From Nitrosopumilus sp. (GTDB lineage Archaea; Thermoproteota; Nitrososphaeria; Nitrososphaerales; Nitrosopumilaceae), in assembly GCA_965223425.1 (NCBI GenBank), contig OZ245003.1, positions 2,432,001 through 2,496,000 on the forward strand: 64,000 nucleotides of DNA, read 5' to 3'. The first letter of the stretch is position 1. Each line of letters starts with the position of its first letter. This document shows, in pieces, positions 37,785 to 47,049 of the stretch. Made by a program: the position numbers and the translations under genes. A model generated the notes under the pieces. It was not told where the DNA came from. It saw nothing but the letters and a program-made list of their open reading frames with translations, and did no database searches.

Positions 37785-38324
37785 CTACTTCCTTTTTCTT
37801 GGAAAAGAATGAAGGATGGTATGAATGACAAAACCCGTGAGCAGGATAGTCAAAGGAACGGTCAATGAGTTCATTTCAGATGTTCTAATGCTTAAAAATT
37901 CATAATAAAATGACGCGAAACTGATGGAGGCTATTATGGCACTGAATCTAACTGTGCCTCTAAAAATTCTTCTTAGATGATTTTGTTTGGTCTGCTCATT
38001 TGGTTTGTTAAGAGTTATAAACACATTTGGAATCATTTTAAAATATTTATGATCATTACCTTTCCTTACAATTTTTTTATTTGTTATTTGCAACAAGCCT
38101 AACGCCCTTAGTTTCTTGAGATGATGTATCACCAAACTAACCCTCATGTCAAGTCTGTTGGCAATTTCATTTATGTACATCTCATCATAGACTAGCAGTT
38201 TTATAATGTCGCGGCTGGATTGGTTACTTAGTAATTCCCCAAGCATCTTTAATTTTTCGTCTTCTGAAGAGAATACTTTGATGGTGTCAAAATCATCTAG
38301 ATCATTTTCTTTATCTTCTCCCAT
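37785..38324 (-). CDS. ArsR-like winged-helix regulator with C-terminal membrane anchor
   Basis: LKMLGELLSNQSSRDIIKLL..EMYINEIA..L.MRVSLVIHHLKKL, followed by two hydrophobic helices. Confidence 0.8.
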   Translation of the reverse strand: MGEDKENDLDDFDTIKVFSSEDEKLKMLGELLSNQSSRDIIKLLVYDEMYINEIANRLDMRVSLVIHHLKKLRALGLLQITNKKIVRKGNDHKYFKMIPNVFITLNKPNEQTKQNHLRRIFRGTVRFSAIIASISFASFYYEFLSIRTSEMNSLTVPLTILLTGFVIHTILHSFPRKRK

Positions 38325-38371
38325 CGCGACGACAAGTGAATTTGAAAGCTAATTAAATTTTTTGTAAAACG

Positions 38372-38850
38372 GGTTCTGTGAAGTTGTCGGTACATGACCA
38401 AAATCACTACTGGTATTGGCTTAATGAGGCGTTTTGAATCAAAGTCTTCCATTTGTTATTTCCATCAATGAGAATGTCTGCCTTTTCTGCTGGTGTCTTT
38501 TTGTCAATTCCACCATGTTTCTTTGAAAAATTATAGTATGCCTGAAAGCCATCAAAGAGTGGACTGTCCATTTTTTTAATTCCTCTATATGCCACTTCCC
38601 TATCCCTGATTGTACCGTTCAGCCTTTCCATTCTGTTGTTGTTCTTGTCGCCTTTCATGTGGATGTGTCTAATGTGTTCGGTTTCTTTCCAAAGCGGATT
38701 CTTTGCCTTGTAATTATCCTTCCAAGCTTGATGAAAGTTAGCTGCACCATCAGAAATTAGAGTAGCTGGTATCTTGTCTGTAATCATCATGGCTTCCCTG
38801 AACATCGGATTGACATTTTCCGTACCTTTTGTCTTTGCCACAAAAAACCA
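38372..38850 (-). mobile_element. IS6-family transposase C-terminal remnant with its terminal IR
   Basis: LISDGAANF (D), NNNRMERLNGTIRDRE (E), YYNF..KHGG..KTPAE; terminus GGTTCTGTGAAGTT at 38372-38385. Confidence 0.78.
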
Positions 38851-39079
38851 GTTTGTACTGGAAGCACAAATCAAGGAGCTTCAGAGTCAGTTATCTGCAC
38901 TAGCTGAAAAATTTGAAAAGGCCACAGGCAGAAAGGCAAGAACGTCAAAACGTGTCAGCATCCCCGTAACTGATGAGGAATTTGCAATGATTGACGAAAT
39001 GGCGTTTAGAACCAAAAAATCAAAGGCTCAATTCCTAAGAAAAGTATTGGTTGAAAAAGGGCTTCCTGCATTAACGTGA
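38851..39079 (+). pseudogene. Ribbon-helix-helix (CopG-like) protein, N-terminus disrupted
   Basis: RTSKRVSIPVTDEEFAMIDEMAFRTKKSKAQFLRKVL. Confidence 0.55.
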
Positions 39080-39130
39080 TATGATATTTCGAAATACCGA
39101 AATACTTTTTTCTTTTTTTGTGGACCTGCC

Positions 39131-40274
39131 GTAGTATGCACATAAAAAACCTGAACCATTTTGACAATTATTTTTGGCCAAAAGATCCAAGACAGGCCAT
39201 ACCGCACACACTGCATGTACAAACAAAAAAAGAGACAGGTTGCAAGGGGGGCAAAATTTCTGCCAAACACCGGCGTTGCAGACCTCAAAAGGGCATACAA
39301 AAAAGAGACCGATCCCAGAAGGCGCGACAGGCTGCTTGCGTACATGCAGCGCAAGGACGGCGTGCCGCTATACAGGATTGGAAGGATGCTGGGAAGGCCC
39401 AAATCCACCATATCTGCATGGCTCAACCGCGCACAGGACGAGGGAATGCGCGCAAGATTCGAGCGCAGCGGCAGGGGACGAAAGCACCTGCTAGGCGGGC
39501 CGCAGGCAGGACAGCTTGCAGCAGACCTGGATGCGGGGCCGGAGTCATGCGGCTTTGAGAGCAGCCTGTGGGACTCCAACCTGGTAAGGCTGCACATCAA
39601 GCGAAAGTTCGGCGTGCAGTACAGCAAGGCAGGCGTGCTGCAGCTGATCAGGGAGATGGGCTTTTCGTGGAGCAAGGCGCGTCCAAAAAACCCCAAGTCA
39701 GCCTCAAAAAGAAAGCAAAAAGAGTTTCAGGAGCGGGCAAAAAAACTCGTTGCAGAAAAGTCGGCGCAGGGATACACCGTACTGGCCGGCGATGCATCCT
39801 CGATTCAAAAGGCATCAAACAGGCCCGGCTACGGGTGGAGAAGGCGCGGCAAGCGCGCCACATCCCCCTCTGTTTTGTCACGCAAGAGAAGATACATCTT
39901 TGGAGTCCTGTCAGCAAGCGCATTTTACTTTATGTTTTATGAAAAGTCAAACAGCGACAGCTTTTGCAGCTTTTTGGAACGGGTTCACAAAAGATTCGGC
40001 AGGGTGCTGCTGTTTGTAGACAATGCGTCATATCACAAATCCAAAAAGGTAAAGGAGTTTCTGGAAAGATACAACGGCGAGATAGTTCTGGAGTACCTGC
40101 TGCCGTACACGCCGGAGCTTAATCCCATTGAGATGCAGTGGAGGGTGATAAAGCGGGTACTGTCTGCAAAGGTGTTTGGCACGCTAGATGAGATGGAGCA
40201 GTCAGTACGCAAGCTGTTTGCCAGAAAGGAGATCCTGCCTGTGAAAATATTCAATTATTTAATGTGCTAACTAC
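39131..40274 (+). mobile_element. IS630-family insertion sequence
   Basis: Imperfect IRs GTAGTATGCACATAAAAA and TATTTAATGTGCTAACTAC; full transposase inside. Confidence 0.88.
39161..40270 (+). CDS. IS630-family transposase
   Basis: HTH, W......I...FGVQYS, GDAS (D), VDNASYH (D), LPYTPELNPIEMQW (E); uninterrupted; true start may be ATG at 39215. Confidence 0.92.
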   Translation: MTIIFGQKIQDRPYRTHCMYKQKKRQVARGAKFLPNTGVADLKRAYKKETDPRRRDRLLAYMQRKDGVPLYRIGRMLGRPKSTISAWLNRAQDEGMRARFERSGRGRKHLLGGPQAGQLAADLDAGPESCGFESSLWDSNLVRLHIKRKFGVQYSKAGVLQLIREMGFSWSKARPKNPKSASKRKQKEFQERAKKLVAEKSAQGYTVLAGDASSIQKASNRPGYGWRRRGKRATSPSVLSRKRRYIFGVLSASAFYFMFYEKSNSDSFCSFLERVHKRFGRVLLFVDNASYHKSKKVKEFLERYNGEIVLEYLLPYTPELNPIEMQWRVIKRVLSAKVFGTLDEMEQSVRKLFARKEILPVKIFNYLMC

Positions 40275-40487
40275 GGGGATTGAACCCGAACCTATGAGGT
40301 TTCGATTCATCGTGCTACCATTACACCACAGGCCCACAATCCTTTTAATATGGCATAGTGATAATAATATTGAGGTTTCGGTTCGTGCTAGTTTTACACT
40401 GGCCTTTTTTCTTTTTTCAGTAAATCACACTTTATTAATACGTGTTTTTAGAAATACAGCTAAGCGAAATGTGTCCCAAGCCTGAGA

Positions 40488-41698
40488 TCATGTAGGCGGT
40501 TTGGACTGGCGTATGGGAAGCGATTCCAGCTGCACCCTAAACGTCAGCATGGTCATGGCACTCTGCCTTTCAGTGCCATCAGAAAGCATTGCCCTGACAA
40601 TCACCCATTCATTGTACAATACCAGAGAATAGTAAAAGCACAGCATCCGCGATTCCATGTCTGTGATTCGTGTCTTGGCCCTGCACTCCTCGATTTTGCC
40701 GTACTCATCTTTATCCCCCATCTTTTGGCATAGACCTCGGTCCTGACTGCGGGATGGTTTGTTGCAAACCCGATGTACCTCCTTCTGGGCCATCAGAGTC
40801 TTTGGCCTTTTTCCTGTCAGTTATTATCATGGAATATTCAGCAGCAGAACCCAGGTTGTTTTCAATTACGTTCCCTGAGATTTTCCTTCTCTTCCCCTGT
40901 GCAAACTCTTGCAGGCGGCCACCACGTTGTACGTGTTCCTGCACGGCATCAGAAACTTTACGTTGTTTTCCTGCAGCCTGCTTATCGCATCAACTGAGAA
41001 GAACTCACGGTCAAGCAACACCAGGTGTGTCCTGATGCCCCCATCCCTGCCATGGTTTTGAGGACGGCATCCACGTAATCAGGCACGGATTCGAGCATCT
41101 TCAGGTATGATGCGGCAAGAACGATACGCATCTTGTCATTTACGCACTGGACTCATGTAACGCTCAAGTATTTGGTTCCGTTCTTGTATTTGGAACGTGT
41201 CAGCTCCGCCCCCGGTACCCTGTCATAGCGCGGTATGAGGTGCATATCGATTGCTATGTCCAGTCCTTTTTTTGGAAACCTGCCCAGTCTTTTGAGGGTT
41301 TCAAGATGCCTTGCTATCTGGCCCTCAAGCGTGTGCTGGATTGCATCCTGCTCAATTCCCTTGATTGCCGATGCAATCCACCTGTCAGACGGGGTATCGC
41401 AGCCTTTGCGCCTTTGCGCCTTTGCGCATCCGCCCACAGAGGAATCCATGGTGGCAGCCTTTAGCATGCCGCAGTTCAGATCATCTGGCCCAAACGTTGC
41501 GTTGTACCTGTCTGATGTGTTGGCGCATGCAAGCATGTTTTTGGCGCCGTCTGCAACGTCTTCATATATGCGTGGATTGTTTAACAGTTCGCGGCCCTGT
41601 CTGGTTTTTTGTCTCAACAACAGAAATCATGGGGTCGTACCCTCATTGATCTGTTTGCATTTTGTAGCCGATTTGGCCCGAATTAGAGCAGATTTCGC
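40488..41698 (-). pseudogene. Second ISH3-like transposase, heavily frameshifted
   Basis: IAIDMHLIPRYD, RSKYKNGT, LDREFFS, CRAKTR...RMLCFYYSLVLYNEW in different frames. Confidence 0.72.
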
Positions 41699-42400
41699 TT
41701 AGCTGTCATACATTTCAAATTCATCTTCACAAAATTGATGAAATACTGTGCATTTGTTTTTTTTAGCATCCATCTTAATTTTTTCCATTTCTTTGTTAAG
41801 CACGCCCTGCGCTGCCAAAAAGGCATCATCTTCCCTGTCTAATTTTTTTAATAATTGTGATTTTGCAAGAGAAGCTTCTTTTAAGCTAGAATCAATCATT
41901 TGGACTTTATCATAATACTCTATAGCATCTTTGTAATTACCCAAATGACTAAGAGAAATGGCCTTGTTCATCAATGCAGTGACATCACTTGAATCCATTT
42001 GAAGAGATTTGTTGTAATACTCAAGAGCCTCTTGATGTCGATCTAACTCGTTCAAAGATAATCCCATGCTGTTTAAAATCCAAACGTCCTTAGAGTTCTT
42101 AGATAGAATCTCTTCACATAATTTCAAAACTTGTTCATGTTGTTTCAAACTTTCAAGAGCATAGATCTTGTTTTTTAATGCATAAGTGTCAGAGTTTTTT
42201 ATTTTAAGAACTTTATCACAATAAACAATTGCTTCCTCATATTTTTGTAGATAAATTAAAGACAATGAAATGTTTTGAAGTGCAACCATATCATTAGGTA
42301 TTTTTTTGAGCAAGTTTTTACAATAATTGTACATATCGTCGTATTTTCCAGAATTAAACATTCTAGTGATTATATTTGTAGGATCAAGAAGGTTAACCAT
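41699..42400 (-). CDS. Tetratricopeptide repeat protein
   Basis: Several TPR units (YEEAIVYCDKVL, HQEALEYYNKSL, YKDAIEYYDKV). Confidence 0.9.
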   Translation of the reverse strand: MVNLLDPTNIITRMFNSGKYDDMYNYCKNLLKKIPNDMVALQNISLSLIYLQKYEEAIVYCDKVLKIKNSDTYALKNKIYALESLKQHEQVLKLCEEILSKNSKDVWILNSMGLSLNELDRHQEALEYYNKSLQMDSSDVTALMNKAISLSHLGNYKDAIEYYDKVQMIDSSLKEASLAKSQLLKKLDREDDAFLAAQGVLNKEMEKIKMDAKKNKCTVFHQFCEDEFEMYDS

Positions 42401-42470
42401 TTTATTGTAATTTTATAAGAACTAGTCATCTTTAACACATTCTAATCCTATTAAAGAAACGCTGGAATTA

Positions 42471-42614
42471 TTATTTTAGCGATTTACGAAGTGCCTCGTT
42501 TAATACTTTAGAATAACTGTAGGAAGATTGCTCCTGTTGAATCAATTTTGCTTGACGAAGCCTAAGTTTTTTATCAAGATCCTCATCAATCATGATCGTA
42601 ACCCGTTTGCCCAT
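42471..42614 (-). CDS. Small RHH-like DNA-binding protein
   Basis: MGKRVTIMIDEDLDKKLR...SYSKVLNEALRK. Confidence 0.7.
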   Translation of the reverse strand: MGKRVTIMIDEDLDKKLRLRQAKLIQQEQSSYSYSKVLNEALRKSLK

Positions 42615-42874
42615 TATTACCACTATAATGTTATGAAATTTAGAATATAACACTTTATGACAAGTTCCGGAAATTGAAACGATTACTCGTGGATTTTAGA
42701 GACTATTTGATATTTTGAATGATTTATGGAGTAAAGGAATATGGAGTTTTTCCAGTTTTTTCCACAGTATAACTCCCATCTGGGTGTTTAGTACGGCATG
42801 CCGTGATTGGGATCATGCTGTGAATAAACTCTGAAAAAATGATCAAATTGTGTTAATTGTGCCTAGAACTATTG

Positions 42875-42967
42875 TATATTTTATGTAACTGATCTCTCTT
42901 TAGAGGAGAGAATGTATACATAAATTATATATATTTTATGTAACTGATCTCTCTTTAGAGGAGAGAA
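42875..42967. promoter_or_regulatory. Two identical 38-bp repeats upstream of abiEi, probably operator sites
   Basis: TATATTTTATGTAACTGATCTCTCTTTAGAGGAGAGAA at 42875-42912 and 42930-42967; each contains the inverted repeat TCTCTC-N7-GAGAGA; 17-bp gap. Confidence 0.7.
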
Positions 42968-42969
42968 AG

Positions 42970-43794
42970 GTGACACAAAATATACGACTAGGTCCACAAG
43001 AAAGCAAATTATTGTTTAGTTTAGAGATGAAGAAAATAAGCATCTTTACCTTCAATGATGCCAAAAATATCCTCGAAGGAACGGATTCTGCTGCCTGGAA
43101 TGTAATAGAAGGACTGAAAAAGAAGAAGAGATTGCAAGAAATCGAAAATGGAAAATATCTTCTTGTCCCTGCAAGAGCGGATCCTGAAGGATATTGGTCT
43201 GAGGATCCTTGGTTAATTGTACCTCAATTGATTGATGAGTACTATGTTGGGTTTTGGACTGCAATGAATTTTTGGGACATGACAGAGCAAATACCCTACA
43301 CGGTCTTTGTTGCTACTCCAAAACGAAAGAAAAACCGTATTTTAAAATTTGGAAATCAAAAATTCCAATTTGTTACCATCTCAAAAAAGAAATTTTTTGG
43401 ATACATTAAATGCAAAATAGGAAAAAATAATAATTTTAACATCTCTTCAAAAGAAAAAACAATTGTTGATGGATTAACTCATCCGGAATACTGTGGTGGA
43501 ATAGTAGAAGTAACAAAAGCCATGTGGAATATACGAAAAGAAGTTGACTGGAATGAGGTTTACCAATTAGCAAAAAAAATTGAAATTAATGTAGTGTTAC
43601 GCCGATTGGGATATCTGTTAACTGTTCTTGATATGGAACAAAGCCTATCTGAGAAAATCAAAAAAGAAATAGTTTGTTATCCTTACAGTTTTCTTGATCC
43701 TACTACTGCAAAAGCAAGAATTGCATATTCAAAAGAATATGGGTTAATACTTAACAGAACAAAAGGTGAATTAGTTAATTGGATGGAGTATTAG
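42970..43794 (+). CDS. AbiEi-family (type IV TA) antitoxin/regulator
   Basis: N-terminal wHTH (GKYLLVP), YYVGFWTAMNFWDMTEQIP.TVFVAT, SSKEKTIVD...P.YCGG..EV, RRLGYLL. Confidence 0.85.
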   Translation: MTQNIRLGPQESKLLFSLEMKKISIFTFNDAKNILEGTDSAAWNVIEGLKKKKRLQEIENGKYLLVPARADPEGYWSEDPWLIVPQLIDEYYVGFWTAMNFWDMTEQIPYTVFVATPKRKKNRILKFGNQKFQFVTISKKKFFGYIKCKIGKNNNFNISSKEKTIVDGLTHPEYCGGIVEVTKAMWNIRKEVDWNEVYQLAKKIEINVVLRRLGYLLTVLDMEQSLSEKIKKEIVCYPYSFLDPTTAKARIAYSKEYGLILNRTKGELVNWMEY

Positions 43795-43836
43795 AAATGA
43801 ATGAGTATGAAATCAATCATTGAAGCATAAATTAGA

Positions 43837-44700
43837 TTAAAACTGTTTTTTTACAAGTTTAAGCAGTGCTTTGGCTTGCTTGAAATGTACTTCATCTATC
43901 ATTTTTCCATCAACTGTTGTAGCGCCCTTTCCTTTCCTTGTTGATTCAAGATAGGCCTTGCAGACTTTTTCGGCCCACAAAACTTCACTTTTGTTTGGAT
44001 GAAATAATTTGTGTACGGTAGATAGTTGATCTGGATGTATGACACTTTTTCCAGAATATCCCATACTTTTACCAAATTTGCAGTCTTTTTCTAATCCTTT
44101 GCCGTCTTTTAGGTCCTGCCAAATTGCATCTATAGCAGCTACCCCAGCTGCATGTGCATCTACTGGGATCTTTGTTCTTGAATAATTGGATCCTTCTGAC
44201 TTTTTCGTATATTCGACTCCCAGATCATTTAACAGATCAAAAACTCCAAAAACTACCGCAGTGACTCTTTTTCCAAAAGATGCAATACCAAACGTGTTAA
44301 CTACCCCCTCTGCAGATTCAATAGAGGGAATTATTTGAATAGGTTCTAATTTTCTAGTCTTTTCTAACCCAGACAGGGTTTTTTCAATTTTTTTCATGTC
44401 CTGGATATTGTTTACTTTGGGAATAACAACTCCATCAATTCCCTTTTGAAGCACTTCTTTGAGATCAGATGGAATTTTGCCAGATGATGGGGAGTTAGTA
44501 CGCACAAAAATTGATGATGCGTAAGATTTGCGGGATTTCAATGCTAATTTGATCAGTTTTCGTGCGTTTGTCTTTTCACTATCTGGAACAGAGTCTTCTA
44601 GATCAAAGCAAACAATGTCTGCTTGAAGTTTTTTTGCTTTTTCAAGAAATCTTGAATTGTTCCCAGGTACAAATATGATACTGCGAAAAAGATGCGTCAT
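43837..44700 (-). CDS. CitE-like CoA ester lyase (HpcH/HpaI aldolase/citrate lyase family)
   Basis: RSIIFVPG, DLEDSV, IPKV, IESAEG, GKSVIHPDQ, GKMID. Confidence 0.9.
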   Translation of the reverse strand: MTHLFRSIIFVPGNNSRFLEKAKKLQADIVCFDLEDSVPDSEKTNARKLIKLALKSRKSYASSIFVRTNSPSSGKIPSDLKEVLQKGIDGVVIPKVNNIQDMKKIEKTLSGLEKTRKLEPIQIIPSIESAEGVVNTFGIASFGKRVTAVVFGVFDLLNDLGVEYTKKSEGSNYSRTKIPVDAHAAGVAAIDAIWQDLKDGKGLEKDCKFGKSMGYSGKSVIHPDQLSTVHKLFHPNKSEVLWAEKVCKAYLESTRKGKGATTVDGKMIDEVHFKQAKALLKLVKKQF

Positions 44701-44707
44701 TAAATGA

Positions 44708-45787
44708 CTATGCGCCCTCTGGCTTCATTAAGATTTTGCCAAAGAGGCCTCTTCCCGTTAGCATCTTTGTGTGGGCCTCTGCTGCCTGTTCAAATGTGTA
44801 TGTTGAGTCGATTGCCGCTTTGATTTTTCCTTGACCCATCCAGTATAGGGCTTGATCAAGTTCGGCTTTGGTTCCTTGTGTTGAACCTAAGATGTTCGTA
44901 CCTTTGAAGAATACATGTCTTAGATCAGTTTTTGCATCATATCCAGTTGTTGCACCACATGAAACTAAAGTTGCACCATACTTGAGTAAGGTTAGTTGCT
45001 TGTTCCAGTGTGTTTCACCGATATGATCAAATGATACGTCAATTCCCGGCACCTCACCTTTCTTTTTGGCAAGTTCTTTTGTTATACCTCTAACTTCTTT
45101 GTGCCAGTCCTCTTTTCTGTGATCTACTGCATAATCTGCTCCAAGTTCCAGACATTTGTCTAGTTTATCTGGACTTGCAGTGGCAATGACATCGCAGTTG
45201 TAGAGTTTTGCAATTTGAATACCGAAACTTCCTACCCCTGAGCCACCGCCCATAATCAAGACAGTCTGTCCTGGAACAATCTTGGCTCTGCCAACTAGCA
45301 TATGCCAAGAAGTAAGTATGGTCATTGATGCAGCTGCTGCTTCATCATATGAAACACCCTCTGGGATTTTTGAGACATTAACTTCTGGCAAGTGGGTCAC
45401 TTCAGAGAAGGCTCCCCATGCTGGACCAGTTTGAAAACCCCAAATGGTTCTGTTAACACAATCAAATTCCCTACCATCGGTGCATGCTTTGCAAACCCTG
45501 CATGACATGTTAGAGTGGGATACAACTCTGTCTCCAACTTTGATGTTTTTTACATCCTCGCCTACTGCAACTACATCTCCGGCAGCATCAGAACCTGATA
45601 CATGTGGAAGTGGAACTGCAACCGGTTGGCCTCTCATTCCCCAGATATCATTATAATTCAGAGCAGAGGCTTTTACTTTGAAAACTACCTCATCTGCTTT
45701 TGGTTTTGGTTCATCTATATCCTGGACTTTGAGGATTTTAGCATAATCATCATCTGGTGCATATTCATTGTATACAACGGCTTTCAT
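44708..45787 (-). CDS. Zn-binding medium-chain dehydrogenase/reductase
   Basis: ALNYND, GSDAAG, C..C..C......C, GGGSGVG, GKIL. Confidence 0.9.
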   Translation of the reverse strand: MKAVVYNEYAPDDDYAKILKVQDIDEPKPKADEVVFKVKASALNYNDIWGMRGQPVAVPLPHVSGSDAAGDVVAVGEDVKNIKVGDRVVSHSNMSCRVCKACTDGREFDCVNRTIWGFQTGPAWGAFSEVTHLPEVNVSKIPEGVSYDEAAAASMTILTSWHMLVGRAKIVPGQTVLIMGGGSGVGSFGIQIAKLYNCDVIATASPDKLDKCLELGADYAVDHRKEDWHKEVRGITKELAKKKGEVPGIDVSFDHIGETHWNKQLTLLKYGATLVSCGATTGYDAKTDLRHVFFKGTNILGSTQGTKAELDQALYWMGQGKIKAAIDSTYTFEQAAEAHTKMLTGRGLFGKILMKPEGA

Positions 45788-45827
45788 GAATAAATCGGCT
45801 ATTTACCCATAATTATATTTTATCTGA

Positions 45828-46109
45828 TCAGACACGATTTATCTTAAAATCGCGTTTTGGTTGCTGAATAGACAGGAGTATCTGCTTTAGTTGATCATCA
45901 GACAGCTGACCAGAAATTTTTCCTTGGGTGGCCATTCCAATCAGATATTGCTCCACCAGATCAGACAATTCTGGTTTCACCATTTTGATATTGTTTAGCC
46001 TTGCTCTTGCCTCAGATGTAAGAATTTGTTTTAGAATCTGTTCTTTTTGTGCAGCTAGTTCATTGGCTGTGTTATCTTGAGGTTGATCGTTGGATTCTGG
46101 AAAACTCAT
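45828..46109 (-). CDS. PDCD5-like DNA-binding protein
   Basis: ILKQILTSEARARLNNIKMVKPE...LKQIL. Confidence 0.9.
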   Translation of the reverse strand: MSFPESNDQPQDNTANELAAQKEQILKQILTSEARARLNNIKMVKPELSDLVEQYLIGMATQGKISGQLSDDQLKQILLSIQQPKRDFKINRV

Positions 46110-46116
46110 TTTGAAT

Positions 46117-46569
46117 CTAAGTGTATACTTTCAATTGAGGGTTCTCAGCAATTAATTCGTTAAGAATTTCTGTTGCGAGTTTGTCGAGTTTTTGCATTCC
46201 TTGTTTGGAGATAACACGGCCTTTTTTCTCAACTTTTTCCACATAGCCAAGTTTTTCTAAACCGTGAATGGCATTACGAATAATTGCGCCGCCGGCATCC
46301 CTGTGATGGGCTGCACCGTATCCAGATGGTTTACCGCCACCATAATCTTTTCTTAACTCGCTAATTCCGATAGGACCATTAAGGTAAATTTTTCTCATTA
46401 GTGATGCACATCTTGTATGCCACCATTCCCTGTCTTGTGGCGGTTTATCAGCATGAGCTCCTGTCTTGACAAATGGAATCCATGAGGGTGCGGGAATATC
46501 TTCATTCTTTAGAATAGCTGCAAGCCTTCCTATCAATACATCTGATGGTACATCGTATACCTTTGCCAT
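46117..46569 (-). CDS. rps19e: 30S ribosomal protein S19e
   Basis: VYDVP, WIPFVKTG, WWHTRCASLMRKIY, YGG. Confidence 0.97.
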   Translation of the reverse strand: MAKVYDVPSDVLIGRLAAILKNEDIPAPSWIPFVKTGAHADKPPQDREWWHTRCASLMRKIYLNGPIGISELRKDYGGGKPSGYGAAHHRDAGGAIIRNAIHGLEKLGYVEKVEKKGRVISKQGMQKLDKLATEILNELIAENPQLKVYT

Positions 46570-46600
46570 GAAGTGAAAAAATTGAGAATCGCCTTATAAA

Positions 46601-46903
46601 TCATTGAGATATTATTTTGCGATAAGTATGCCCACACAAGTTACAAGATATTCTGATCGACTTGACAGATGCCCTTCCCAGACGAATTCGAGAATTAATT
46701 CCAGGCGCAATAAATGATTTACATTTTTTACAAAAAACCATCTTAAGATCATAGGGCATCCGAATTTTATGTCTAGTACTAATCCTACGAGCAAGTAAAG
46801 CCTGACGCTGAGAGAGTTGAGGATTTGTTTTTGCATTACCAATTGCATTTTCAATAAGAATTTGCATTCTTTCCATTGCAATTTTTTTAACCGCAGGTCT
46901 CAT
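46601..46903 (-). CDS. rnp4: RNase P protein component 4 (Rpp21)
   Basis: IAMERM, FCKKC..FIAPG...RIR, CNLCG..R. Confidence 0.92.
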   Translation of the reverse strand: MRPAVKKIAMERMQILIENAIGNAKTNPQLSQRQALLARRISTRHKIRMPYDLKMVFCKKCKSFIAPGINSRIRLGRASVKSIRISCNLCGHTYRKIISQ

Positions 46904-46953
46904 AATTATTTCTAAAAACACGCCTAAAAATTGGTTCCCATTATTATGAAAAA

Positions 46954-47027
46954 TGCAGTCAGCGGGACTTGAACCCGCGTCGCAGGGTTGGAAACCCCGA
47001 ATACTAACCAGGCTATACTATGACTGC
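46954..47027 (-). tRNA. tRNA-Gly (TCC)
   Basis: GCAGTCA TA GTATAGCCTGGTTAGTAT T CGGGG TTTCCAA CCCTG CGAC GCGGG TTCAAGT CCCGC TGACTGC A; full cloverleaf. Confidence 0.95.
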
Positions 47028-47049
47028 AACAGAATGAAAATTTTATGTC

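Larger units (their letters stand above)
39121..40335 (-). pseudogene. Degenerate tRNA-like gene split by IS630
   Basis: Removing the IS gives GGGCCTG TG GTGTAATGGTAGCAC G ATGAA TCGAAAC CTCAT AGGT TCGGG TTCAATC CCCGG CAGGTCC A. Acceptor, D and T arms are canonical; the anticodon arm is imperfect (GAA at 34-36, C33). Confidence 0.72.

Noticed and set aside
31641-41702. Alternate-frame and antisense ORFs within IS elements (e.g. 31646-32626, 39028-39696)
   Set aside because: They overlap recognisable transposases in GC-rich DNA and have no independent motifs.
42875-42967. Mini CRISPR array
   Set aside because: Only two repeats with a 17-bp AT-rich gap, directly abutting a start codon; an operator or promoter duplication fits better.
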